A stretch of 64,000 nt of DNA from Eledone cirrhosa (taxonomy: Eukaryota). A program made the position numbers and the translations under genes. This document shows, piece by piece, positions 14,298 through 29,616 of this stretch; position 1 is the first letter of the stretch, and each line of letters opens with the position of its first letter. The notes under the pieces were generated by a model. That model did no database searches. It worked only from the letters and a program-made list of their open reading frames with translations, and had not been told where the DNA came from. The stretch is from NCBI GenBank assembly GCA_964016885.1, contig OZ024743.1, positions 187,550,001 to 187,614,000 on the forward strand, read 5' to 3'.

Positions 14298-15089
14298 ATT
14301 TGTTTCACCTTCTGCAATTGTTTGTTGATAGAGCCAAGTTGTAATGAGATTATGGTGAAGAAAAGAAATTTCTTTATGTTAGAAAAGAAAATTCGCCCTT
14401 TATTTCTGCAAATGTAGCAGTAAAGAATATGAAAGAAATAATCAAGCTGCATATTGTTGAGGAATGTATTGTAAGAAATTATCTTGCTTCTCAACATTTG
14501 CTGCTAGGGAGTTCAATTACATGTATGAGAAAATAAATATATATTTCCCTCATGATTTTATTGTTTTATTTGTCATGTATTTGAGATATTTGTGTTGTTG
14601 TTGGACTATGAATTGTTCTTGTTTGGATGGTAGGGAGAATTTCTTGAATTATTTTTTAGTTTTGCATAGTAGTGAGTGCTTTTATTTCAATTGAATTGTT
14701 TTTCTAGTTGTTCAGATGTTGGGTATTCTTTTGTGAGTACTTTTAGTTTGTATACTATTTTGTATATTATTGATAATTTTTTGTGCCTTTTATTTTTGGA
14801 ATAGATAAAAGTAGGTAGAATTTCTTCTGATAAATGTTACTTCTGTTTATAGCCTGTAGTTTCCAGATGTAGCACTAAAGCATGTTTCTTTCGAAACCAT
14901 ACCAAGCAAGAATGATAATAAAAGGCAGCTGCAAAATTCTTTATGCCAATTCTTTACACAATGACATTGGTGATTGATGCAATTTTCACTAAGTAACAAT
15001 GATAAGACTAAAGTGAAAAAGATATGGAAAGAAGTGGTAAGATTAGACAACAAAAGGAATACTATAAGAATGTACTGCACTGTCAAAAC

Positions 15090-15665
15090 AGTGTCAATGC
15101 ATTGTAAAATATTGTCAACACATTGTCAACATATATCACCACATTGTCAACACATGCCAACACCTTGTCACCACATTGTACACACATTGTTAACACACTG
15201 CCAACAGATTGTTAACACCTTGTCAACATTTTGTCAACACCTTGTCAACACATTGTACACACATTTTTAAGACATTACCAACACATTGTAACACCTTGTC
15301 AACATTTTGTCAACACCTTGTCAACACCTTGTCAACACTTTGTCAACACCTTGTCAACACATTGTACACCACATTGTTAACACATTACCAACACCTTGTC
15401 AAGATTTTGTCAACACCTTGTCAACACCTTGTCAACACTTTGTCAACACCTTGTCAACACATTGTACACCACATTGTTAACACATTACCAACACCTTGTC
15501 AAGATTTTGTCAACACCTTGTCAACACCTTGTCAACATTTTTTCAACACCGTATCAACACATTGTACACACATTGTTAACACATTACCGACACATTGTCA
15601 ACACATTGTCAACGCATTGTCAACACATGTCAACACATGTAAATATAGTATCAATACATGTCAGC
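15090..15665. repeat. 11-bp minisatellite (TTGTCAACACM) with ~100-bp higher-order repeat
   Basis: Roughly 50 monomers; variant monomer attgtacac at 15361, 15461, 15561. Confidence 0.92.
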
Positions 15666-16065
15666 AGAGAAGTAAAGGAACAATGATATCAGAATGCTGA
15701 TATTTAGGAAAGATGATGATCATAGTAATAATTCTTTCCATAATTATCATTTTTATGAATCAATTTATGATTTTGTCCATTTCGTCCTGTAATAATTATC
15801 TTATTTCTAGAAAACCAATTAAGATATATATTATATATGAGAGAAATGGAAACCAGCTCATTTAAGACAGATAATGAAATAAAAACATCCTCAGACTAAA
15901 TTGCTAAAACTAATAGTGGGGCTATGTGGGTGGATTTGAAGAGGTGCATTCAGCTGTTTGACCAGCCAAATTTCTACTTGTGTAATCAACTTGTGAGTGG
16001 CTGAGTATTCCACAGACGCATCTACACTTAATGAAATTCTCAAGCCAGGTACAATTGAGAGGGGT

Positions 16066-16180
16066 GAAGAAGAAGTAGAAGAAGAAGAAGAAGAAGAAGA
16101 AGAAGAAGAAGAAGAAGAAGAAGAAGAAGAAGAAGAAGAAGAAGAAGAAGAAGAAGAAGAAGACGAAGAAGAAGAAGAAA
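16066..16180. repeat. (GAA)n trinucleotide repeat
   Basis: Direct observation; explains the poly-E/poly-S/poly-F ORFs. Confidence 0.95.
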
Positions 16181-17470
16181 CAGTGCATGCTATTGAATAT
16201 AATGCTTCTATAATTCTGCCCATTTAAGTTGGGGAACACATCTTACGTGTACATTCCCTTTTTGAGATGTTCTATGGCTGGATGTTTTTTCTATTCCCAA
16301 CGACTTTACACAGATAACTGAGTACATTTTATAATTTTGTTGTGGTAAGACTAAAGTGTTCTCTCTATCCTGTGATATCTTCATTTGTTAACCCCTGTTA
16401 CAGAATATACTGAGTTCATTTTAACATGGAACTAACATCATTCTTGATAAACAGATGAGATGATGAAGGCTAGAATACTTTTGATCACAGATCCACTTAA
16501 TCAGAGATGGCATGTGTCTACAGAAGAGGAGCACCAAAATTATTTGCTGCATGCACATATTTGGTTTATTGCATCTACTTAGGTTAGGTTTTCAAAACAT
16601 TAAAAAAACAACACATAAGCAATGGCTCATAGATCTTTATTAAATAGGTTAATACCATTCTTCCCAAACATTGAAAATTCTACATGATGTTAAACAGTCT
16701 TACTTACCTAAATCCATAGAATCAAACCATAAACCAAGAAAAACAAAACACTCTCTTGTCCCTTTTAAACACAGTAACAAATGCAACAAAAACTATTTCT
16801 AACTGTAATCCACAATTACTTCTCTGCCGACGTCTGTCAATAGAAAATACAAACATGTTACCTCCAACTGGACAAAAGACCATAAACACATATCATCCAT
16901 ATAAATAATCATATATCTTGAAACCTGCAACTCAGTCAAAAGTAAATGCAACTGAAATGAGAAAATTGCTTGACAATATGAGAAATGTTCAAGGCAACAA
17001 TACTATAAGAGGAACAATCCAATAAATAATGCATCAGAGAAACAACTGGGATATCTTGCAATACTTATAGAAGAAACAAACCATAACAAAGCAGATTTTG
17101 AAGTTAAAAAAGAATAATGTAAATATAAAATAGATTGGAAATCAATAGACATTGCTATTCCTTATATAAATGGTTCTATGAGTCATCCTATGTGAGTCAT
17201 AAATAAGCTACTCAGCAGATGAAGAGAAATGATATCAGCTTGCAGACAACAGAAGTAATTCATTTTAAAAACCTGGTCTAAACTGCAATCAGTGTGAACA
17301 TCCAATGGAGAAATAACAATGGACATAGAATTGAAAGCCAACAGGATGTTGATATATATAAATGATGGAAATGAAGTTTATTTCTGTTATTTTTTTCTTC
17401 TATTATTGCACAAGGCTTTAGACAGAAAGTCATTTTTATTAGTATATATATATATGTGTGTGTATATATA

Positions 17471-17539
<69 letters not shown>

Positions 17540-17541
<2 letters not shown>

Positions 17542-17840
17542 TCATCATCATCATCATTTTACGTCCACTTTTCCCTGCTTGCAAGTGTGGGACGGGAATT
17601 GATTCTGGCTTGATTTCTACAGCTGGATGCCCTTCCTAACACCAACCTCATTTACAGTGAGTGGTGGGTGCTTTTTCCCAGGGCACCTACGCGACCACTT
17701 TACAATGTGGGCTGGATGTTTTTTTTTTTTTTGCTGTGACACCTTCACGACCACTTTGCAGTGGAATGATAGGGACCCAAGTCCTATCATCTCATTTCTA
17801 CAGCTGAGTAAACTGGAGCAATGTGAAATAAAGTGTCATG
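17540..17840 (-). mobile_element. SINE family A (RTE-derived tail), 5' truncated
   Basis: Reverse complement of the 18088-18440 core and tail; ends in a (GAT)n tail. Confidence 0.85.
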
Positions 17841-17880
<40 letters not shown>

Positions 17881-18087
17881 AGGCACATAGCTTAGTGGTT
17901 AGAGCATGACCGGGTGATGTGTTGTTTCCTTGTATATATATATATATAGTGAAGTGAAATTACTTGATAACACATTGTCTTTGAGTTAAAGATTAAAATG
18001 ATATTGCTGTGATTATTTGTAAATTAGATTGCACAAGCAAATATGAAAGCTATTCTAGATAGAGACACATGGCTTACTGGTTAGATG

Positions 18088-18440
18088 GAGGCATATGGCT
18101 TAGTGGTTAGAGCATTTGGCTTGCAATCGAAAGGTTGTGAGTTCAATTCTCAGACCGGCTGATGTGTTGTTTCCTTGAGCAAGACACTTTATTTCACATT
18201 GCTCCAGTTTACTCAGCTGTAGGAATGAGATGATGGGGACTGAGGTCCCTATCATTCCACTGCAAAGTGGTCGTAGAGGTGCCACGGAAAAAAAAAGCAC
18301 CCAGCACTCACTGTAAATGAGGTTGGTGTTAGGAAGGGCATCCAGCTGTAGAAATCAAGCCAGAATCAGTTCCTATCCCACCCTTGCAAGCAGGGAAAAG
18401 CGGACGTAAAATGATGATGATGATGATGATGATGATGGTG
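18088..18440 (+). mobile_element. Full-length tRNA-derived SINE family A with RTE 3' tail
   Basis: A box TGGCTTAGTGG, B-box-like GAGTTCAATTC, core ccttgagcaagacactt; tail shared with the RTE 3'UTR at 31270-31455; (GAT)n end; partial head duplication at 18061-18086. Confidence 0.9.
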
Positions 18441-19159
18441 ATTCTTACAAGTCTGCTTTGATACAGGAGGAATTATATAGGCCATTTTATTATACTACAG
18501 AGAAAGAAAATTGAAAGAAAACAGAAAATATTGTGTAACACAGATTGAAGATTCCCTATAGAAATATTATTACAGTTGCCACCTAACAAAATTGTGCTGA
18601 ACAAACCATACATATGAATTATACCACGGACATTTTCAGCAGAACATAATCAGTAGAAAGTGATGTTTGTGTTAAAATAAATAGAAAAATATGTCAAAAT
18701 ATCACAGGTTTATCTCAAATGTAAACCCTTTGGTTCTAATCGAACAAGAAAATAAAAAGAAATAAAAAAGAAACAGAATGAAATATGTCTTTGATTTAAC
18801 GAATATCTTACCAAAAAAGGTTTATAATAAGTTCATTAGTTTATTGTAATCTTGCTCAAATGCTATTTTGGTAGTTCAATATTTTAATAGTTCACTAATA
18901 TGTTTTCATGAGAAATTCAAAATCTAAATAATGTGCATTAAATCTATTTGTATATCAGAATAAATGTTGATATGCTACACTTTGTGCAACACTGAGATAT
19001 TGACCCTTCCATGAATTATGTTTCTATTTAAAATTTCTTAATACCTAAAACTCAAGAAATACTCACTTTGCCCTACTTTCTCTATCTCTCTCTTTTACTA
19101 CTTCCCTCCTGTTTAACTCTCTCCACTGCAACAAACAAACTGACTGGACACTGATTATT

Positions 19160-19330
19160 ATTTGGCAGTATTGCCATGCTTTGATGTATAGTTATGGCCC
19201 TTGCCATTCTGAGTTCAAATCCCGCCGAGGTTAACTTTGCCTTTCATCCTTATGGGGTCGATAAAATAAAGTACCAGTAATGCACTGGGTAATTGCTGGC
19301 CTAGTGCCAAAAGTAGAAACAATTATTGTT
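19160..19330 (+). mobile_element. SINE family B (core ...gcctttcatccttatggggtcgataaaataaagtaccag..., Meta-domain-like)
   Basis: Matches the 50237-50430 copy; other copies at ~4710, 6560, 20780, 34465, 41877, 49980, 51680; domain name from memory. Confidence 0.8.
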
Positions 19331-22300
19331 ATTCCTTTTTTCAAAGATTCAGAGCTTAACTTACTGGGCACATGAAGACCAAATTTGATGAAATGCAAGT
19401 ATGAAATCTGAGCTGGTTCAAGTAGCTGATGGCTGTAAACATGATTAGGAATGTTCAGTATAAAGTAATGCACCTCAGATTTCTTTGCTTTTTATAACAT
19501 CTACTTTAAATAATCTCTGGTTCTCTTGAGAATTTTTTGCAAATACAACAAAATGTCCTAGAGAGAGGAAGAAAGGAGGAGAGAGAAAGAGAGAGCAACA
19601 TTATGAGATTTTGCAGTTTTCCTTATTTTTATCTATTTATTTGCAATTATTACTGTATTATTATTTATCATTGAAACCATGTCCTGATTGATCATGAAGA
19701 GGTGAAACATTCTTAGGTCTGATTAAATAAACTGTGATAGCAGAGCTCTAAACATGCAACTTGGGCTTTATTTTGATCATCACTAAGTAGAATAACAATG
19801 GATTTTTTATAGCTTCTTATGTAACTTGCAATCCATATTTTAGGTAAAAACTGTTCACTAAAATAAAAGGCTGGGCAAATGAAAATGCCAAACATTACTT
19901 TTGATAAACTGCAGCTGACTGGGGCATGTAACATATAATACATACAATGATAACTAATCAAAAGCAGTGATATGAATTTTTGGTGTCCACTGGTAAATGG
20001 AATTAAAGCTATTTAGGCATGCAGTGGTGTCAATTAACTTCAATGTTACAGACAATAATCAGCTTAATTTCAAATGCTAATGAATGTTTCAAATAAAATG
20101 AATGAAATAAAATGTTCGTTGTGTTTCCCAACCTACACTATCAGGTAACCAGAAGAAATGGTCGATCTAATTCTCCTTTATTTTAATTTTAATTCTTTAC
20201 ATTCATTGTCGAGATACAATTCATCTCTTCAAGACCTGTGTTGATTGGTTATGAAGGTGTGACAAAATATAAGGTCTGATTAAAGAAATAACTCTAATAG
20301 CAAACTCAGATGATGTGCTTCTTTTTGATGATTGAAATAATTGAGTTTTAGCAACCATTTAAGTAACTAAAAAATCCTTAATTTAAGAAGATTCTACTCA
20401 CTATGGTAAAAGGGATGGATGAATTTACCACCTAAATTACTTCTGATGAACTGTAGATGGTGTAAGTCCTAGATTTGTGGTGGACACTTCACAAAAATAG
20501 AAAAAATTCTCTTTTCTTATGGAACATGCAAACGTTAATTGGTGTAGTTGATTACATGATACTGCTTGATTGGTTCATAGTAGAATAAATTTCTCTGATT
20601 AATTACCAGAAGATGTGCAATATTTATAGAGTAGAAGAGGAAGAATGAGTAGTGCAAGGTAACTGTTCAAGATTATCTGAAAATCACTCTTCTTGATAAA
20701 CTAAATGGAATTCCAAGAGGTGAGAGTGATTGATATATGATTAATCAGACAAAAGTTTAGCAGTATTTATGACTTCTTATGTTCTGAATTCAAATCCCAA
20801 TGAGGTCAACTTTACCTTTCAACCTTCTGAGGCTGATAAAATAAAGTACCATCAAGTACTGGAGTTGATATATTCGACTTTCCCTTCTTCTAATTCATTG
20901 GCCTTAGACTAATGTTAGAAATTATTATTGTGCATCAGCTAGATAAGGGAAACATGCCACCATTGTTAATGCCTCTTCAATAATAATGAGCAGCCTACAA
21001 AGTATCAATGTAAAATGCTATGAAAATCTGAATGTCATCATCTGGTTGACTTCAAGGAAAGAGTTGACACAGATAATATACTCCTGAGATTGTTCCTTCA
21101 GGATACACAGTGCAAGTCAAAACGATTTACTGAACTTCAACTTCTGATTACAATAACGGTTTTGTGTTCTTATTTTTTATAAAACACTTTCATCATAGCA
21201 ATAACATGTTAAATGAAATGCCACAGCTTGAAAAGCAATCTATGACTCCATATTGCAAGGTTCATATCTTATTGTTAATATGGATGGGAATTTGCAGATG
21301 GCAGACTATACATGTCAGTAATGTCTCGAGTTATGCATAATCTTCCAATGATAAAGCAATTAACTATCTTCCACCATCTCCTAAAACTTCACTGATACTA
21401 GACAGCAACCCAGCTGTGACAGATCTTCTATGTTTGCCTTTTAACTGAGTTTTTTTTTTGGAAGGTTTGTACAGTACTAACAAACAAGCTACATTAAAGA
21501 TTTCTACTTATATGACAGAGGGAGCTGTTTACTCATAAATTTAAATATCCAATTAATGTTGACATGTAAAAATGCAAAACACAATTCATATATATTACTC
21601 TAATCATGTAAATTCTGTGAGTATTTCCAAATTTCCTTATATTTCACTTCAAATAGTAATTTCTATGTAAGATTCGGCATAGTTTCTTGGAAGTTGACGA
21701 GACCATTGTTATGATATTTGCTTGAAGACATTGATATTTGTAATAAAAATGTCATTTTCAATGCATTCACTGCAGTTAGCAAGGATGGTATGTGGAAGAT
21801 AATGGGATAACATTTTCTTCATTTTTCTGTTAATATTTCTGTTGATAAAATACCAGAAGACATTGTGTTCTTGATGTGAAAATGCATAAATTAGATAACA
21901 TATAAAGAGAAGAATTAATTTTATAAGATCTAAGGAAAAGCTACCTTAAGGTGAACAGCACATCAGAAAATATTAAGACTGATACACACATGCGAGAAAG
22001 TCTAAGAATGAATAAAATGAAAATCCTGTGAAGTCTAATAATGGCAATGTTTGGATGTCCACCAAAATTTATTGAATTTCTTGATAGTAACCAGGTAAAA
22101 TTCTAAAGTCCTTTTCAGTCGCCAATGGGTTAAAAGAAGACTCACATTTATCTCAAATATAATTCACTAAGATGTTCTTAGCTTTTTATACCATTGGTGG
22201 CCCGTTTTTCTGTAGTATCAGGTGATACTCATGAGGATACTCATCAATCCAATGCCTTAACCTCACTATCATTCATAATAATGCTGTGACTTACTTCAAG

Positions 22301-23029
22301 CTACAACACCAACGTTCCTTGCTGTAGTATGTAATTGAGTGTACATATCTTCTCATGTTTTTCATTTCTTTTCTACTATGTTTTATTGATTTGATTCTTT
22401 TATAAATATTAAACATTATGGTTTGCATATAATCTTAATATTTACGTTTACCAATAAGTTATGTTGGAAATGATTTCAACATACAATAGAATAAAATATA
22501 AACTTTTAAAGTTATGTTTGTCTCTCTTAATTTGAGTTCTAATATTTCTGATGTAAACCAATTGAAGATAATGTGTCATCTAAATCAATAGTTCTCAACC
22601 GGTATCTACATGTGTACAGAGAGGAATTTTGGGGTCCATACAAAAACAAAATTGTAAATTGGGGGTCCACAGTTGCATTTTAGAGGACCATGGGAAATTT
22701 TGCTTTCAGAGAAAATGTCTTAATATTTAGAGAAATAAACAAATTTTAAAAAATCAAATAAAACAATTAACCAAAACAGTTGGTCTAAAAATTTCCTGGG
22801 GAATTAACAGGAATCAAGAGAAATGATACATGGTTATAACAACCACAACAATCAGAATCAATGAAGATGGGAGTAAAGGAATGTATATGCATATACGTGT
22901 CTATACACACACTTATATATATATATATACATATATATATACACACAAGAATACTGTCTCCAGTATATTTTACAAGGGTGGTGGTGATATAGGTGGCATC
23001 GGGTGTACGTACACACACACATATATATA

Positions 23030-23588
23030 TCATCATCATCATCACTGTTTTATGTCCATTCTTCCACGCTAGCATGGGTTAGATGGGTTGTCCTGTTGTG
23101 GGCAATGCCAGGTTGGGTGACCTTGTCTTGCTCATATGGGAACTGATTTTGGCTTGATTTCTACAGCTGGATGTCCTTCCTAACTCCAACCTCATTTACA
23201 GTGAGTGGTAGGTGCTTTTTTACTGTGGTGCCTACATGGCCACTTTACAGTGTGGGCTGGGTGGTTTTTGTTGTGACACCTCCACGACCACTTTGCAGTG
23301 AGAGGGAATGTGGGCATATTGTCTATATGCTTCAGCTTCGGCTTGTACCCATGGGAAGTTGGATCTTCTGTATTACTGTGTGATGCCAAAGGTCATGGTC
23401 CTGTGACATTGCCTTTGAGACGTGCAATTGGGTAAAGTCAGATTTTATCACCTCATCCCAGGTCTTCTTAGGTCTCCCCACTCCAAGGCTTCCATCGATT
23501 TTTAGTGCTCTGCACCTGTTTATGTAGCTGTCATCCTTCATATGCATCACATGACAATACAAATGCAACCTCCTCTCCTGCACACAGC
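23030..23588 (-). mobile_element. RTE LINE 3' fragment
   Basis: QERRLHLYCHV...GRPKKTWDEVIK plus 3'UTR and (GAT)n tail; homologous to 30900-31455. Confidence 0.9.
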
Positions 23589-23653
23589 TGAGGATCCGCT
23601 AAGGTGAAACAATTGTTCTCGGTATGGTGAACTAACTGTTGTGTAACCACTTC
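23586..23653 (+). mobile_element. Fragment of Nematis-like Penelope terminal repeat containing an HHR core
   Basis: Near-identical to 49525-49592 (ctgaggatccgctaaggtgaaacaattgttctcgg); 5' arm of stem I replaced by RTE sequence. Confidence 0.8.
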
Positions 23654-23684
23654 TATATATATATATATGTGTGTGTGTGTGCAT

Positions 23685-25520
<1,836 letters not shown>

Positions 25521-25523
25521 ATA

Positions 25524-25559
<36 letters not shown>

Positions 25560-25565
25560 TGTATG

Positions 25566-25613
<48 letters not shown>

Positions 25614-25615
25614 CA

Positions 25616-25732
<117 letters not shown>

Positions 25733-25752
25733 CTATACACATAGATATATAT

Positions 25753-26067
25753 GGAGGCACATGGCTTAGTGGTTAGAGCATTGGCCTTGCAATCAAAAGG
25801 TTGTGAGTTCAATTCTCAGACCGGCTGATGTGTTGTTTCCTTGAGCAAGACACTTTCACATTGCTCCAGTTTACTCAGCTGTAGAAATGAGATCATAGGG
25901 ACTGGGGTCCATATCATTCCAGTGTAAAGTGGTCGTAGAGGTGGCACGGAAAAAAAGCACCCAGCACTCACTGTAAATGAGGTTGGTGTTAGGAAGGGCA
26001 TCCAGCTGTAGAAATCAAGCCAGAATCAGTTCCCGTCCCACCCTTGCAAGCAGGGAAAAGCGGATGA
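25753..26067 (+). mobile_element. SINE family A, full length
   Basis: Highly similar to 18088-18420; preceded by (TA)n. Confidence 0.9.
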
Positions 26068-26377
26068 AAAAAAAAAAAAAAAGATAAAAAAAAAAAATAA
26101 AAAAAAAATAAAAAAAGAAAAAAAAAAATAAAAGAAAAAAAAAAAACTAAAATTAGTTTCTGAAAGCGAATAAACATGGTTTCCAAGTGGAAAGCATGGA
26201 GAAGCCGTTTCGCCATCAGGAAGTCTGTTCTCAGCTAAGATACCTGGCGATGCGTGGACACAGGGAACTTATACAAAAATAATTCAGTGGATGGAAAAAA
26301 GCAAGCGTGGACTAAATTCCAAGACATTGAAAAAATCACTGCCTACTTGGTCGTTGGCAAATTCAAAAGAATCAATC

Positions 26378-29300
26378 ACGTGGAGAGGAGAATTCGCTAG
26401 AGTCCGCGTAGGCAAAAGTCAATGCTACAAATGTTTCTGGGTGGGAAATTACAATGGGATGGGAGGTGTAGGTATACTATTAGCTGACAAATGGGTTGAT
26501 AAGGTAATCTCAGTGAACAGGGTGAATGCAAGTATCATTAAACTCAGCTAGTCCTGAATAAAACGATTGCCACAATAGTATCAGCTTACGCACCTCAATC
26601 AGGGTTGCCAGACAAACTTAAGGGTAGGTTTTACGAGTCCTTAATGCACACTACTGCCCTAACAAACGACAATGACGTCCTAATCATTGCAGGAGATTTT
26701 AACGGACACATTGGTAAACACCATAACGGCTTCTATAGAGTCCATGGAGGCCACGGGTTTGCCAGAAGAAATGAAGAAGGCTTCTAGCTTCTGGAATTCT
26801 GCGATGCCAATGACATGTTGATATGTAACACAAACTTCATAAAACCTGACAGCCATCTGATCACCTATAGATCAGGGGAGCGTTTTAGTCAGATAGATTT
26901 TACTCTCATCAGAGGGCGTGATAGATGGACTGTTGTAAACACAAAAGCCTTACCTGGTGAGGAATGTAACTCCCAACATAGCTTAGTTGTTAGCAACCTC
27001 ACTGTTAAAACTAGACGAACTTGGAAACAGAAGGCAACCTGGAGAAGAATGATCTGGAAGCTGAAAGACCTCTAAGGCAGTAACAGATTTAAAGATATTC
27101 TACTCGACGCCTATGACAGTAAAGAAGAACAGATAGAGACATTCAATGTAGAAGAGCACTGGGAGTTCCTAAAAAATAACTTACTAAAGGCGGAGAAAGT
27201 CCATAGGGCAGGGGAGAGTGACTTGTTGGTGGAACAATAAGATAGATGAGGCAGTATAGGCTAAGAGACAGGCATGGAAAGAATGGAAGAATGGGGGTAG
27301 CAGGGTACATTACAGGAGGGAAGCTAGGCAACAAGAATACTTAGCTAGAAGGAAGCAGAGGATAGAAAATTCAAGCATGTTTGCAACGTGAGGACCAGAA
27401 ACAGGAGGTGTTCAAGATTGCGAGGCAGTGTGTCAGAGAGAATTGTGATGTCATTGGAGAGAAGTGTATCCGGAATGATAATGGTGAGCTTGCCCTCACA
27501 TGTGCTGAGAAGAAAGCTGCGTGGAAGAGCCATTATGAAAGATTACTAAACGAGGAGAATGCATGGGAAAAAGAGACCCTACCCCAAGTGGACCCTATAG
27601 AGGGGCCAGCAGTACAAGTCAGCAGCAGCGTAGTAAGTAAGGCAATCAAAGATGTGAAGAGGGGGAAGGCAACCGGTCCATCGGGTATAGCTGCCGAGAT
27701 GCTGAAGGCATCTGGGTCGGTAGGTCACACCATAACCACACAAATTGTTAACTGGGTAATACTAGAGGGTATCATACCAAAGGATTGGTGCAACAGCATC
27801 ATTGTCAACTGCTACAAAGGTAAAGGTGATGCACTAGATAGATGAAACTATAGAGGTATAAAGCTGATGGACCAGGCCATGAACGTAATGGAGAGAGTTA
27901 TAGCACAGTTGATTAGGGACCAGGTGAAACTAGATGAGATGCAATTTGGGTTTGTACCAGGAAAAGGCACAACTGATGCCCTCTTCCTTGTGAGGCAGTT
28001 ACAGGAAAAGTACCTAGCTAAAAGTAAGCCGCTCAACCTGGCCTTCGTCGATCTGTAAAAAGCCTTCAACAGAGTCCCCGATGCTATAATCTGGTGGACT
28101 CTTATAAAATTAGGAGTAGATGAATGGCTTGTAAAAGCTGTACAAGCCATGTATAGAGGAGCAGTCAGCAAAGTTAGGGTTAGCAATGACTATAGCGAGG
28201 AATTTAGCATACAGTTCCGTGTCCAACAGGGCTCTGTTCTTAGCCCTCTCCTGTTCATTATAGTTTTGCAGGCAATAATGGAAGAGTTTAATACCGGATG
28301 CTCATGGGAATTTCTATATGCGGATGATGTTGCAGTTATATTTGAATCCATAGTGGAGCTAGAGAAGAAATTCCAAACATGGAAGCAGGGACTAGAAAGA
28401 AAGGGTCTCAAATTCAACCTGACAAAGACTAAGATTCTTGTAAGTAGATGAGAAAACAGAACACAGATCACCTCAGGGAAATGGCCTTGCTCAGTATGTA
28501 GGAAAGGTGTAGGTAGGAACTCCATCCTCTGCCCCAAATGCAAACAATGGGTACACAAGAGATGTAGTGGGATCTCAGGAAGTTTAACTAAGAATGTAGG
28601 CTTCATATGTACCAGCTATGCTGGGACAGCAAGCAGCAAACGACCACAGGAAACAAGCACCACCAAAATCTGGGAGGGTTCTGTAGAAACAGTAGACAGC
28701 TTCTGCTACCTAGGTGACCGAATTAGCAGTGGAGGTGGGTGTTCGGAAAATACAATAACTAGGGTAAGTATGGGATGGAAGAAGTTCAGGGAGCTACTGC
28801 CACTGCTAGCTGCAAAAGGCTTTTGCCTCAAAATGAAAGGCAGACTGTATGATGCATGCATACGAACACCAATGCTACATGGTAGTGAGAACTGGGCGTT
28901 GTGTGTACAAGACTTGCATACATTAGAAAGAAACGAAGCTTGCATGCTCCGATGGATGTGTTATAGTAATATATGCGAACGGAAAAGCATAAACGAATTG
29001 AGAGAGAGACTGAGCTTAAGAGGAATCAAATGCTGTGTGCAGGAGAGGAGGTTACATTGGTATGGACATGTGATTGCGTATGTAGGATGACAGTTGCATA
29101 AAAAGGTGCAGAGCACCAGAAGTAGATGGAAGCCGTGGAATGGGGAGACCCAAGAAGACCTGGGATGAGGTTATAAAAGCCGACCGTACCCAATTGCACC
29201 TCTCAAGGGCAATGACACAAGAACGTGACCTCTGGCGTCACGCAGTAATACAGAAGACCCAACTTCCCACAGGAACAAGCCGAAGCTGAAGCATATAGAC

Positions 29301-29595
29301 AATATGCCCCCCCCCACCCCGACTGCAAAGTGGTCGTGGAGGTGCCACAGCAAAAAAGCACGCATCCCACACTGTAAAGTGGACGTGTAGGCACCACGGA
29401 AACTAAACACTCAGCACGCATTGTAAATGAGGTTTGTGTTAGGAAGGGCATCCAGCTGTAGAAATCAAGCCAGAATCAGTTCCTGAATGAGCAAGACAAG
29501 ATCAGCCGACTGGACACTGCCCACAACAGGACAACCCGTCTAACCCATGCTAGCGTGGAAGAACGGATGTAAAACAGTGAAGATGATGATGATGA
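26378..29595 (+). mobile_element. RTE-clade LINE, near full length, degraded (APE + RT)
   Basis: APE motifs GVGILL, SAYAPQ, IIAGDFNGHIG, SQIDF, SQHSLV; RT motifs QFGFVPGKGTTDA, QGSVLSPLLF, FLYADD; multiple stops; (GAT)n tail. Confidence 0.92.
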
Positions 29596-29616
29596 TAAGA
29601 TATATATATATATATC

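Noticed and set aside
14300-14820. Possible L1/Tx1-like C-terminal fossil on the minus strand
   Set aside because: Only compositional skew; no firm motif
14974-15700. Repeat-protein ORFs (CQHLVNTLST) or a CRISPR-like array
   Set aside because: Contiguous 11-bp tandem monomers without spacers; the ORFs are a by-product
15997-16227. Poly-glutamate ORF
   Set aside because: (GAA)n microsatellite with no supporting exon structure
22586-22700. hAT MITE left end (caatagttctcaacc)
   Set aside because: No matching right TIR or TSD found
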